Below, in pieces: positions 11,613 through 20,247 of a DNA stretch of 64,000 bases (positions within the stretch are counted from its first letter, which is position 1; every line of letters starts with the position of its first letter). Source of the DNA: an uncultured bacterium (GTDB lineage: Bacteria; Krumholzibacteriota; Krumholzibacteriia; Krumholzibacteriales; Krumholzibacteriaceae); contig CAVVEY010000019.1 of assembly GCA_963747385.1 (NCBI GenBank), positions 69,048-133,047 on the forward strand. Reading direction: 5' to 3'. The notes beneath the pieces were generated by a model, which did no database searches, had not been told where the DNA came from, and saw only the letters and a list, made by a program, of their open reading frames with translations. The position numbers were made by a program, and so were the translations under genes.

Positions 11613-11948
11613 CTAATAGATGCAGGCATCGAGTATGGAGAGCACCTCTTCAAGAACGCCATCGGAAGCCTTTCCGATGCGCTTGGCCTTGCGTGCGCGA
11701 TAATCGATCGACTTGACCTGCTCGACCATGACGAATCCCGTCACATCCGGATCGTCCGCCACCGCCACGTGAAAGGGAAAACGCCTGTCCGTCTGGGTCA
11801 AAGGACAGACGATGGCGAGCCCCGTGTGCTCGTTGAACAACGCATTGCTCACTACAAGCGCAGGCCGGCGGCCTTTCTGCTCATGCCCGGACTGCGGATC
11901 GAAGGTGACGGCGATAAGGTCGCCTTTCGCCGGAACGTACGATTTCAT
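11613..11948 (-). CDS. mazF: Type II toxin, PemK/MazF-family endoribonuclease
   Basis: 111 aa; GDLIAVTFDPQSGHEQKGRRPALVVS... is the typical MazF/PemK fold signature. Start codon directly abuts the upstream antitoxin stop. Confidence 0.8.
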   Translation of the reverse strand: MKSYVPAKGDLIAVTFDPQSGHEQKGRRPALVVSNALFNEHTGLAIVCPLTQTDRRFPFHVAVADDPDVTGFVMVEQVKSIDYRARKAKRIGKASDGVLEEVLSILDACIY

Positions 11949-12197
11949 CTACCACACCTCCCTGCCCCTCGGTTTCCCCCAATCGATCTCACGCGTCTTA
12001 TAGTCTTTGGGAATCCTCGACACCAGATCCTGCAGACTCTGCTTGCCCCGTATGCGCTTCACGGGAGCGATGACGATTACGCCGTCGCGCGCGGCCACAT
12101 CGACCGAGTCTCCGACGGCGATGCGTGCATCATCGAGCACCTGCTTCCCGAGGCGAAGTCCCTGACTGTTGCCCCATTTCTGAATCTTCGTGACCAT
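11949..12197 (-). CDS. mazE: Type II antitoxin, MazE/PemI (AbrB/SpoVT-type swapped-hairpin)
   Basis: MVTKIQKWGNSQGLRLGKQVL... Met at 12195-12197. The ORF-track N-terminal extension is probably not translated. Confidence 0.75.
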   Translation of the reverse strand: MVTKIQKWGNSQGLRLGKQVLDDARIAVGDSVDVAARDGVIVIAPVKRIRGKQSLQDLVSRIPKDYKTREIDWGKPRGREVW

Positions 12198-12278
12198 ACG
12201 CCCACCTCCATGGCTATACCAAGTATAGCCCAAGGAGAAAGCCCCCGTCAACCGTATTTCAACGCAGCGAACAGCTCA

Positions 12279-12608
12279 TCAGTCCACGATGAAGAGCTTC
12301 GCGCCGACCGCGGTGTGCGAGCGATGCGGCTCCGCGCCGTCGGCGACCTGATAGCTCATACCCGGTTTGAGGACGAACGTTCGACCGTCCCTGAGCTCTA
12401 CGTGCAGCTCCCCTTCGAGGCAGAGGAGAATGTGTCCCTTCTCGCACCAGTGATCGGCCTTGTAGCCCGGCGAGTACTCGACCATGCGGACTCGGATGCC
12501 GCCGAATTCCCGGGTGCGCCAGTACGCGACGCCCGTCTCCCCCTTGTGCTCGGTTCGCTCGACCGACGACCAGTCGGTGGTGGCGAAAGGAATGTCCGAC
12601 ATCTTCAT
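12279..12608 (-). CDS. Cupin-domain protein (small, single barrel)
   Basis: 109 aa with a cupin-like pattern (GHILLCLEGELHVELRDGRTFVLKPGMSY). Confidence 0.5.
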   Translation of the reverse strand: MKMSDIPFATTDWSSVERTEHKGETGVAYWRTREFGGIRVRMVEYSPGYKADHWCEKGHILLCLEGELHVELRDGRTFVLKPGMSYQVADGAEPHRSHTAVGAKLFIVD

Positions 12609-12627
12609 AACAGGCGCATCCCCCGGT

Positions 12628-12978
12628 TCATGCCGTCATCCACGTGCGAATCGACGCGACCAGCATGAAGAGCGCAAACAACCGCTGGAGCTCGCGCGCG
12701 GGCAGCTTCAGGGCGAGATACGCCCCCAGCAGAGCGCCCAGCGCGAGCCCGAGCGCTATCCAGAGCGCGGCGTGAATATTCACCGATCCGTGGCGGTAGT
12801 ATTGCCATGCCCCAAGTACACCGACGGGCAGGAGAAGCGCGCCGAGCGACGTTCCCGTGGCCATATGCGGTTTCATATGCGCGATGAGAATCAGAGCGGG
12901 CACGATGATGATGCCGCCGCCGATTCCAAATAGCCCCGAGAAAATACCCGCGATCAATCCGATGATAATGAATTGCAT
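12628..12978 (-). CDS. Half-size TauE/SafE (TSUP/DUF81) family membrane protein
   Basis: Met at 12978 (MQFIIIGLIAGIFSGLFGIGGGIIIVPALI...). Gly-rich TM helices typical of sulfite/anion exporter-family proteins. The upstream part of ORF 12628..13251 is Arg-rich and unlikely to be coding. Confidence 0.65.
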   Translation of the reverse strand: MQFIIIGLIAGIFSGLFGIGGGIIIVPALILIAHMKPHMATGTSLGALLLPVGVLGAWQYYRHGSVNIHAALWIALGLALGALLGAYLALKLPARELQRLFALFMLVASIRTWMTA

Positions 12979-13013
12979 AAAGCTCCTCGCATCAGGGTCG
13001 TCACGCGAAGGAA

Positions 13014-13397
13014 CTATTTCGCGTCGTTGACCATATGGATGATCTTGTCCTGAACCTCGTTGGCGACCTGAATCAGCGCCATATCCTGAGAGAGCGCGGC
13101 GAGCATATTCACCGGCCTGATGGCGCCGATCTTCGTTACACCCTTCTCCGTGAACACCGAGATGCGGCACGGGAGCGCCATGTTGAGACGCATATCGGCG
13201 GCCAGGACCTTTGCGGCCTGCACCGGATTGCAGACCTCGAAGACCTTGCACTCCTCGACGAAGGCAATGCCCTTGCCGCGGAGCGTGGCGCCCAGGTCGT
13301 GGACATGCATCACCCCGAAGCCATGAATCACGATCGCCGATTCGAGGTCCTTCGACGCCTGGGCGAACGATTTTTCGCTCTCGACTATGTAGAACAA
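13014..13397 (-). CDS. DUF302-domain protein
   Basis: ...SFAQASKDLESAIVIHGFGVMHVHDLGATLRGKGIAF...MALPCRISVFTEKG matches the DUF302 fold family. Start uncertain (TTG ~13397). Confidence 0.5.
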   Translation of the reverse strand: MFYIVESEKSFAQASKDLESAIVIHGFGVMHVHDLGATLRGKGIAFVEECKVFEVCNPVQAAKVLAADMRLNMALPCRISVFTEKGVTKIGAIRPVNMLAALSQDMALIQVANEVQDKIIHMVNDAK

Positions 13398-13464
13398 GGA
13401 ATCACCTCCATGAAACGCAGGCCGATGAACGCCGCCGGAGCCGGCGCCTGAGAAAGCATGCGCA

Positions 13465-13899
13465 TTATAGCACGAACGGTATGACCGCCTTCGTGGAACG
13501 CGCGTATTGGACATAGCCGGGGAGCGTGGAGCGCAGCAGCCTTTCTTCCCGAACAATCTTCCCGATCGTCAGAAGCGACGCGACGAGACCGATCCCGGCG
13601 TTAGCGGCGGACGCGTGCCCGGCGACACTCCCCCACAGAATCAGGAGCGCACCGGCGTATATCGGATGGCGAATCAATCTGTACGGTCCCGCCTGGACTA
13701 TCGTCGAAGCGACGGGCTTGGCCCCGAAGCTGAAGGTGCCGCTTGGAAACGCCAGCCGCGACCAGAGCATGACGGCGAAGCCGACCACCTGGCACGCAAT
13801 GACGCCCGGCGCCGAGGAGAACAGGTCTCCTCTGAGCCCAAGCGTCAGAAGGCTCAGGAGGAAGGCGGGGAAGGCGATGACTGAAATTAGATGCAACAT
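13465..13899 (-). CDS. Isoprenylcysteine carboxyl methyltransferase (ICMT)/phospholipid methyltransferase-family membrane protein
   Basis: Multi-TM protein with GPYRLIRHPIYAGALLILWG, the ICMT/PEMT SAM-binding signature. Confidence 0.7.
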   Translation of the reverse strand: MLHLISVIAFPAFLLSLLTLGLRGDLFSSAPGVIACQVVGFAVMLWSRLAFPSGTFSFGAKPVASTIVQAGPYRLIRHPIYAGALLILWGSVAGHASAANAGIGLVASLLTIGKIVREERLLRSTLPGYVQYARSTKAVIPFVL

Positions 13900-13915
13900 T
13901 ATCCTCCTCCCTGCC

Positions 13916-14483
13916 CTAGCCCTCCGCCCCCAGCCCAAAGCTCCCCATTTCCTCATACGTCGCACCCTCCCGGGCGAGGTGGCTTTGCATGAGGACGAAG
14001 CGATCGACCTCCTGGAACGCCGTCGCGGGAAGCGGGGGCACCGTGGCGAGGCGCTCCACCATGCCGCGGGGGAGCGGCTCCTTGATGCGCGCGAGGGTGA
14101 GGTGCGCGGCGAAGGGACGCCTCTCGCGCTCGATGCCGAGCGGCTCCACGCCCTTCTCGATGAGATGCGCGATTTCAGAGAGGTGGCGCTTTCCTTCCTT
14201 GGCCTCGAAGAAGATGACTCGCGGGTTCGAGAGATTGGGGAATCCCCCGAATGCGCCGTACGCGACTCGGAAGGGCTTCAGCTGCTTCGCGACGTCCGCG
14301 GCGACGTCCTTGAGATCGGGAAGGATCCTCTCGTCCACCTCGCCGATGAACTTGAGCGTGAGATGCATGTTGCCGGTCGGGATCCACCGCCACGGCGGGT
14401 TGCGGAGCGGAAACGCCTGAATGGCCGCCGCGACGTCCGTCTTGATGGCATCCGATATCTTCACCGCGAAGAAGAGTCTCATC
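13916..14483 (-). CDS. thpR: RNA 2',3'-cyclic phosphodiesterase (2H phosphoesterase, ThpR/LigT)
   Basis: MRLFFAVKI...HLTLKFIG...HLTLARI gives two H-x-T/S-x motifs. Only the last ~189 codons of ORF 13916..15424 are real. Confidence 0.85.
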
Positions 14484-15741
14484 GCATCCTCCCTTTCGTC
14501 TCGCCCATGAGCGCGAGGCGGAGCATGTCGATCGCGAAGCACGCCGTGCGGAGGCGCACCATCTCCCGGTCTCCCGGAAACTGAAACTTCCTGACGGCCG
14601 TGCCCCCGGGCCCGGCCAAAGCGACGAAACAGAGCCCGACCTGCTTTCCCTGCACGGCGCCCGTCGGTCCCGCGATGCCGGTCGTCGAGAGGGCGTAATC
14701 GGTGCCTGCTGCGGCGCGCGCCCCTTCGGCCATCTCGCGGCACACCTCCTCGCTCACGGCGCCGTGCGCCTCGAGCGTCGCGCGGGCCACGCCGAGCCGC
14801 GACATCTTCGCCTCGTTCCCGTATGTCACGAATCCCTCGCGGAATGTGTCGCTCGACCCCGGCACGGAGACGAGCGTCGAGGCGATGAGCCCGCCCGTCA
14901 CCGACTCGGCCGTCGCTACCGTCACGCGACGCGCGACGAGGAGCCCCACGACCACGTCCTCGATCCGGGCGTTCCCCTCGGCGAAGATGCGGCTCCCGAG
15001 CTCGCGCGCGGCCTTCTCGGCGTGCGCGGCCCCGTCCGGCTCGCGCGGAATATAGAAATCGACGCCGCGCGGCGAGGATATTATCGAGACCGTCTTGAGA
15101 ACGTCCTCGGGAAGCGCCTTGCGGAGCGCGTCCTCCACCTGCGTTTCCATGAGCCCGAAGGTGCGCAGCCTGATAGCCGCGTCGATCCCCGGCGCTCCGA
15201 GCGCGGGAAGCACGGACGCCGAGAACATCGCCTGCATCTCTGCGGGCACGCCGGGAAGGAGGAAGAATTCTCCCGCGCCGGGGCCGCCACCAGCGCCCGT
15301 GCCCCCCTGCACTCGAAGCCCGATCGCGAGCCCCACGGGATTTTCTACGATCCCCGCCCCGACGGGCACCCGCGCCTGATCCCGGTACCCGGCCGGCATC
15401 TCTCTCCCGCGCTCCTTGAACCACGCGGCGATTCCTTCGACGACGCCCGCCCTGATCTCGGTCCCGACGCCGAGCGCCTGGATGAGCGCCTCTTTCGTGA
15501 GATCGTCCACCGTGGGCCCGAGCCCGCCCGTGACGACGATCGTCTCGCTCCGCCCCGCGGCTTCTCTGAATTCCTCGACGAGAATGTCCATGTCGTCAGG
15601 GAGCACGGTGATCTTCCACGGCTCGAGGCCCGAGTAAATGAGGGCGCGCGAAAGCCAGACGCCGTTGTTCTCCTGGGTCTCCCCCCTGAGAACCTCGTCG
15701 CCGATCGTTATGATCTCGATACGTCTGTTCATCGTCGACAT
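14479..15741 (-). CDS. cinA: Competence/damage-inducible protein CinA (MocF-like N-domain + PncC NMN deamidase C-domain)
   Basis: MSTMNRRIEIITIGDEVLRGETQENNGVWLS... N-terminus and ...TVATAESVTGGLIAS...LSTTGIAGP C-domain. Confidence 0.9.
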   Translation of the reverse strand: MSTMNRRIEIITIGDEVLRGETQENNGVWLSRALIYSGLEPWKITVLPDDMDILVEEFREAAGRSETIVVTGGLGPTVDDLTKEALIQALGVGTEIRAGVVEGIAAWFKERGREMPAGYRDQARVPVGAGIVENPVGLAIGLRVQGGTGAGGGPGAGEFFLLPGVPAEMQAMFSASVLPALGAPGIDAAIRLRTFGLMETQVEDALRKALPEDVLKTVSIISSPRGVDFYIPREPDGAAHAEKAARELGSRIFAEGNARIEDVVVGLLVARRVTVATAESVTGGLIASTLVSVPGSSDTFREGFVTYGNEAKMSRLGVARATLEAHGAVSEEVCREMAEGARAAAGTDYALSTTGIAGPTGAVQGKQVGLCFVALAGPGGTAVRKFQFPGDREMVRLRTACFAIDMLRLALMGETKGRMR

Positions 15742-15785
15742 CAGCTGCGGCGGCGGCCGTCAGCTGCGTGCTGAGTTATATGGCC

Positions 15786-16631
15786 CTATTTGCAATGGCT
15801 TTTGTCCCTGTCGCAGCGGTAAGCTCCCCCTATCAGATCGTACCCGGACTGAAAGCTCGAAGGCCCCAATAGAACTCCGTCGACAAGGGGATGCACACCT
15901 CTGAATTTCCAGCATGCCTCTTCCGCGCATGACTGCTCCCGATGTCCGGTGAACGCGATTCGAACAACACTCGTCACCCCGGACCGTGCAGGCGGGAAGA
16001 TTGCCTGCATGCCGGTCGATCCGGATCCTGTAAAGTCGCGATTGAGCGTGCACTCGCAGGCCGCGCTCAATCCATCCGCCTCGATGAAACCAATCCACGC
16101 CCCGTCCGAATTCTTGTAGAGACGCACATCTCCATAGCTGGCGTAGTGCCCTTTGCCGCGCATGTAATCGACGTACGCGCTATCGGGCATCCAGAAGTCC
16201 AGAGCCAGAAACGGCTTTCCCGGACCGAGCTCGTCTTTCGGATCCGAGGGCGCCACGCGAGCAAACCATAATCCCGCGGCTCCGTGCTCGGGCCATTCCG
16301 GAGAACGTCCGTCTATCTCGAATGTCTTCATTCGGACGATTTCAATGAACGAGATGCCCCAATCCGCGTGCGCAGGGAATTCGGTCAAGTGTTCCTTTGC
16401 CCATGGTATCTGATCGGCGGCAAGCTCCTTTATCGTAATGAATCGCAGAAATGAGGGAATTCTCTCCCCAACGGTCGCGGGATCGAATATGAGATAACCG
16501 GCAATCTCTTCCGGTTCGTCCACAATCCACTTCGTTTGAAAACCCGCCGGCAAGGCAGGAACTTGGGCCAGAGCTTCGACGGCCAGCAATGAAGAAAACG
16601 CAAATGAGACCAACAAAGAGTTTCGCCTCAT
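15786..16631 (-). CDS. Hypothetical secreted protein (signal peptide, Cys-containing), lower-GC gene
   Basis: MRRNSLLVSFAFSSLLAVEALAQ signal peptide. No recognisable family from sequence alone. Confidence 0.45.
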   Translation of the reverse strand: MRRNSLLVSFAFSSLLAVEALAQVPALPAGFQTKWIVDEPEEIAGYLIFDPATVGERIPSFLRFITIKELAADQIPWAKEHLTEFPAHADWGISFIEIVRMKTFEIDGRSPEWPEHGAAGLWFARVAPSDPKDELGPGKPFLALDFWMPDSAYVDYMRGKGHYASYGDVRLYKNSDGAWIGFIEADGLSAACECTLNRDFTGSGSTGMQAIFPPARSGVTSVVRIAFTGHREQSCAEEACWKFRGVHPLVDGVLLGPSSFQSGYDLIGGAYRCDRDKSHCK

Positions 16632-16678
16632 ACATTCCCTGGAATATTCAACTTTGCACCACGCAATGTCTAACCCGG

Positions 16679-17173
16679 CTAGAGCGCCGAAGAACGGTGA
16701 ATTATGTATGCGACCGCGAGAAGAACGAGCCGCCCGTAGGCGCCCGCCGCGACGTCGTCGGTCACCACGCCGAACCCGCCATGGAGCCGCTGCGCGCGCC
16801 CCGCGGGAAACGGCTTCACAATGTCGAATATCCTGAAGAGCACGAATCCGATGCCCCCCATGAGGAGCGAGGGCTCGATGGCGATAAGCGTCACCTGCAT
16901 CCCGACGAACTCGTCGATAACGATGTGCGAGGCGTCCGTGCCCCAGTACTTCTCGGCCTCATGGGCGAAATAGATCGCGATGGGAACGGTGCACGCGACG
17001 ACGATCGGATGCACGAGCCACCCGCCGCCCGGCACGAAGAGATAAACGGCGAGCCACACGAGGCTCGCGAACGTCGCCGGCGCGAACGGGAAATACCCCG
17101 TGTAGAAAAACGAGGCGAACGTCGTGATGATGAATCGCTTCACGCCGACGAGGATACGCCGCCTGCGCCCCAC
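16679..17173 (-). CDS. pgpA: Phosphatidylglycerophosphatase A
   Basis: FYTGYFPFAPATFASL... and ...DIVKPFPAGRAQRLHGGFGVVTDDVAAGAYG are PgpA hallmarks. Confidence 0.8.
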   Translation of the reverse strand: MGRRRRILVGVKRFIITTFASFFYTGYFPFAPATFASLVWLAVYLFVPGGGWLVHPIVVACTVPIAIYFAHEAEKYWGTDASHIVIDEFVGMQVTLIAIEPSLLMGGIGFVLFRIFDIVKPFPAGRAQRLHGGFGVVTDDVAAGAYGRLVLLAVAYIIHRSSAL

Positions 17174-17263
17174 GGGGCAAGCAAAATGGACGCGCGTACA
17201 CCGTTAGCGGGTGGCACCCATGGTTCCCGGCGTACGTTGCAGCAAAATCGACGCGGGCGAGAT

Positions 17264-17845
17264 TTACTTGTCCCCTTCTTTATCCATCGGCTGGTCGATG
17301 ATCCTTAGGATCTTCCATTTCCCATCAACCGGACTGATGATGAATTCCATGTGCCCCTGAGCCTTCATGACGTTGGACTCTCCACCCTCCCCAAAAGTGG
17401 CTGAAAGCGAATACGCTCGGGTCGTCTTCCAGCAATCGGGACACGGATCGCCGCTCAGCGAGTCAAGGCGCATCCACGTCCCCGCCTCGATCTCGAAGCG
17501 AAGTCCGCCCACCGCTGCAAAAAAGCGCTTTGTCGACTCAAGGTCGCTTTGAAGATCGGCTTTCCTGAGCATTTGACCCGAGAAGATATCGGCATCGAAA
17601 TCCGGCTTGCCCATCATTGATATGAATTCGCAATGGGCATTGAACAGCTCTGCATATCGATCGATGTTTCTTTCGCTACAGGCTCGCTCGTAGTTGAGGA
17701 TGCAATCCTCCTTCTGACTGAGATCGCCATACGAGGAGTCGGCACGAGAGACGCTCTCTTGCTCGGAGATCTGTCCCCGAATCGAACCCGCAGAAGCGCA
17801 GGAGACCAAGATCGACAGGACGACGACTATGAATCCAATCTTCAT
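17264..17845 (-). CDS. Lipoprotein with SnoaL/NTF2-like fold (hypothetical)
   Basis: MKIGFIVVVLSILVSCASA carries a lipobox (LVSC). Local GC is low. Confidence 0.5.
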   Translation of the reverse strand: MKIGFIVVVLSILVSCASAGSIRGQISEQESVSRADSSYGDLSQKEDCILNYERACSERNIDRYAELFNAHCEFISMMGKPDFDADIFSGQMLRKADLQSDLESTKRFFAAVGGLRFEIEAGTWMRLDSLSGDPCPDCWKTTRAYSLSATFGEGGESNVMKAQGHMEFIISPVDGKWKILRIIDQPMDKEGDK

Positions 17846-17949
17846 GACGGCAACACCCCTATCCAATCAACCGGCAACGCCCAGATACCTTTGCGGATAA
17901 GCTCCGCCAGATCCTCATTCTCTCCTATTCATCTTTATCTGATTTGTAC

Positions 17950-17965
17950 TGCATTGTACCACAAG
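17950..17965 (-). promoter_or_regulatory. Possible extended -10 promoter element (TGgTACAAT) for the downstream lipoprotein gene
   Basis: Minus-strand sequence cttgTGgTACAATgc lies ~90 nt upstream of the lipoprotein start. Confidence 0.25.
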
Positions 17966-18005
17966 ACAAGTCGCCGGGACACCCCGAATAGCGGGCGACG
18001 CATAA

Positions 18006-18075
18006 GGCGCTGACACTCTCGCGACGAACTCATTGGAGGCTCTGCGACTGAGTTCGGAGCGAGAGTGTCAGCGCC
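18006..18075 (-). other. 17-bp perfect inverted repeat with 36-nt loop, 30 nt downstream of mglA
   Basis: ggcgctgacactctcgc (18006-18022) pairs with gcgagagtgtcagcgcc (18059-18075). No U-tract follows it. Confidence 0.8.
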
Positions 18076-18104
18076 TGTACCGTTAATTGCAGTGAGTCAC
18101 GATT

Positions 18105-18683
18105 CTAGGAGAGGTTCCTCAGCACCGACTTGGCGATCGCCTTGAGCGTGTCGAAGACCCCCGTGCCCTTCACCGCGACGGCCTCGAACGACGGGAAGTG
18201 CTTCGGGTTGAGCTCTTCCTCGAGGTCCTTGACGGCGATGACGTCGGGAAGATCGCGCTTGTTGTACTGGATCGCGTAGGGGACGTCCTCGAGCTTGATC
18301 TGGTATTCGCCGAGGTTCTCGTGCAGGTTGTAGAGGCTCTCGATGTTCGCGTCGTAGCGGCTCCGCTGCGAATCCGCCACGAAGATGATCCCGTCCACGC
18401 CGCGGAGGATGAGCTTCCGGCTCGCGTCGTAGTAGATCTGGCCGGGCACCGTATAGAGATGGAAGCGCGTCCTGAAGCCCTTCACCTTGCCGAGCTCGAG
18501 CGGCAGAAAGTCGAAGAACAGCGTGCGGTCCATCTCGGTCGCGAGCGTGATGAGCTTGCCCTTCGTCTCGGGCGTCACCTTGTCGTAGATGTATTGGATG
18601 TTCGTCGTTTTCCCGCACAGTCCGGGACCGTAGTAGACGATCTTGACGTTGATCTCGCGGGACGAATAGTTGATCAGAGACAA
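18105..18683 (-). CDS. mglA: Ras-like small GTPase MglA (motility/polarity regulator)
   Basis: VYYGPGLCGKTTN P-loop, size 192 aa, directly downstream of a Roadblock/LC7 gene. Confidence 0.85.
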   Translation of the reverse strand: MSLINYSSREINVKIVYYGPGLCGKTTNIQYIYDKVTPETKGKLITLATEMDRTLFFDFLPLELGKVKGFRTRFHLYTVPGQIYYDASRKLILRGVDGIIFVADSQRSRYDANIESLYNLHENLGEYQIKLEDVPYAIQYNKRDLPDVIAVKDLEEELNPKHFPSFEAVAVKGTGVFDTLKAIAKSVLRNLS

Positions 18684-18695
18684 CGGAAGCCTCCG

Positions 18696-19193
18696 TTAAT
18701 CGGTGAACAGACTGTCTATTTCCACTTCGGCCTGCTGCACGAACTCCTCGTTGAACTCGGTGTTCTCCTCGTTCTCGTACTCGAGCTTCCCGTAGAGGCG
18801 GCGGATCACCGTCGAGAGGTTGTCGAGCGCCTTCTTCGCGCGCAGGCGCACGAGGCCGAGCGTCGTCCGCTTGTCGAAGAGTATCACGAGGATGATGTTG
18901 CTCTCGACGCGGGCCAGATACATGCTCTCGTTCGATCCCTGATGATAGAGCGTGGAGAAATCCTTCTCGCCGATGAGAACGGCGAGCTGCGCGTTCGCCT
19001 CGAAATCGGCCGCGCAGAGCGAGGCGAAGCTGTGCAGGTCGAACTGCGGCGGGTCCCCGAGGCTCGAGATGAGCTGCCCCGTCTTATCGAGGAGGAGCAC
19101 GCTCGAGGAGTTCGAGTTCTTGAGGAGCTCCTGGAGGATCGTGTTGATCGCCCAGTAATCCTCTTCGAATACCTTGAAGTTTGTTCTGACCAT
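18696..19193 (-). CDS. mglB: Roadblock/LC7-domain protein MglB (GAP of MglA)
   Basis: 165-aa Roadblock-like protein immediately upstream of mglA, in the canonical mglBA arrangement. Confidence 0.75.
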   Translation of the reverse strand: MVRTNFKVFEEDYWAINTILQELLKNSNSSSVLLLDKTGQLISSLGDPPQFDLHSFASLCAADFEANAQLAVLIGEKDFSTLYHQGSNESMYLARVESNIILVILFDKRTTLGLVRLRAKKALDNLSTVIRRLYGKLEYENEENTEFNEEFVQQAEVEIDSLFTD

Positions 19194-19222
19194 GTGAGCA
19201 CTCGCTTTTTTTAAGACCTCTG

Positions 19223-19822
19223 TCAGATCTGCTCGCGCCCTTCAAGGGCCTTGGTGATCGTTCCCCGGTCCGCGAACTCGAGGGTGCTCCCGATCGGAAG
19301 GCCCCTCGCGGGCCGCGTCACCTTGACACCGTACTTCCTCAGAATATTCGCAATATAGAGCGACGTCGTATCCCCCTCGATGCTCGGGTTCGTCGCGACG
19401 ATTACCTCCTGAATACCTTCCTCCTGCACCCGGCTCACGAGACGCTCCAGATTCAGATCTTCCGGTCCCACGCCATCAAGGGGTGAAAGGACCCCGTGCA
19501 ATACGTGATAGCGGCCCCGATATTGGCCGGAGCCTTCGAGAATAAAAAGGTCGGCCGCCCGTTCAACGACGCATAGGATGGCGCCGGTGCGGCGTTCGTC
19601 CGTGCAGATGCCGCAGAGCTCGGTTTCCGCGAGATTTCCGCATTTCGTGCAATATCCGATTTTCTGCTTAACCTGCAAGAGCGTTTCGGCAAACTGCTGC
19701 ACCTCCCCGGCGTCCATATCGAGCACCGCAAAAGCCAGTCTTCGCGCCGTTTTTTCGCCCACTCCCGGCAGCTTCTTGAAATGATCGATCAGCGCCTGAA
19801 GGAGCGGTAGGCCGTAAATCAT
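19223..19822 (-). CDS. recR: Recombination protein RecR
   Basis: HhH at the N-terminus, C4 zinc finger (CTKCGNLAETELCGIC), Toprim domain. Confidence 0.9.
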   Translation of the reverse strand: MIYGLPLLQALIDHFKKLPGVGEKTARRLAFAVLDMDAGEVQQFAETLLQVKQKIGYCTKCGNLAETELCGICTDERRTGAILCVVERAADLFILEGSGQYRGRYHVLHGVLSPLDGVGPEDLNLERLVSRVQEEGIQEVIVATNPSIEGDTTSLYIANILRKYGVKVTRPARGLPIGSTLEFADRGTITKALEGREQI

Positions 19823-19917
19823 TCCCGCATCTCCTTTTTAGCAAAAACCTTGCCTGTAACTGGACACAGATAAAAAAGCTACCGGTTTGGGGAAAAAGAC
19901 GCCTGGCCGCCGGGGGA

Positions 19918-20229
19918 TCAGAAAAGCCCGGGAATGGGGAGGCCCCCGGTGAGCGAGCTCATCTCGTTGCGTATCATATCGTCTACGCGGGTGCGCGCTT
20001 CGCTGAGGGCGGCGACGACGAGGTCCTCGAGCATCTCCACATCCGCGGGATTTACGACTTCGGGGTCGATTTTCAGCGAAACGACCTCATGCTTGCCGTT
20101 CATGACCGCCTTTACCATGCCTCCGCCGGAAGAGGCTTCGACCGTTTTCTCGGCAAGGCGTGCCTGCATTTCAGCCAGTCGTTCCTGCATCTGCTGCGCC
20201 TGCTTGAGAAGCTTTCCCATGTCCTTCAT
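19918..20229 (-). CDS. ybaB: Nucleoid-associated protein YbaB/EbfC
   Basis: 103 aa, MGKLLKQAQQMQERLAEMQ... coiled-coil, and canonical position between dnaX and recR. Confidence 0.9.
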   Translation of the reverse strand: MKDMGKLLKQAQQMQERLAEMQARLAEKTVEASSGGGMVKAVMNGKHEVVSLKIDPEVVNPADVEMLEDLVVAALSEARTRVDDMIRNEMSSLTGGLPIPGLF

Positions 20230-20247
20230 TCCCCGATGCCTCCAGTT

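Noticed and set aside
12259-12447. Short Arg-rich ORFs between cupin and TA genes, and ORFs 12605..12808/12628..13251 N-terminal part
   Set aside because: Overlap better-supported genes in other frames, and composition is non-protein-like.
13916-15424. 502-aa ORF suggesting a large protein
   Set aside because: Only the last ~189 codons (from Met 14481-14483) form ThpR. The upstream 310 codons are an Arg/Gly-rich alternative frame overlapping genuine cinA.
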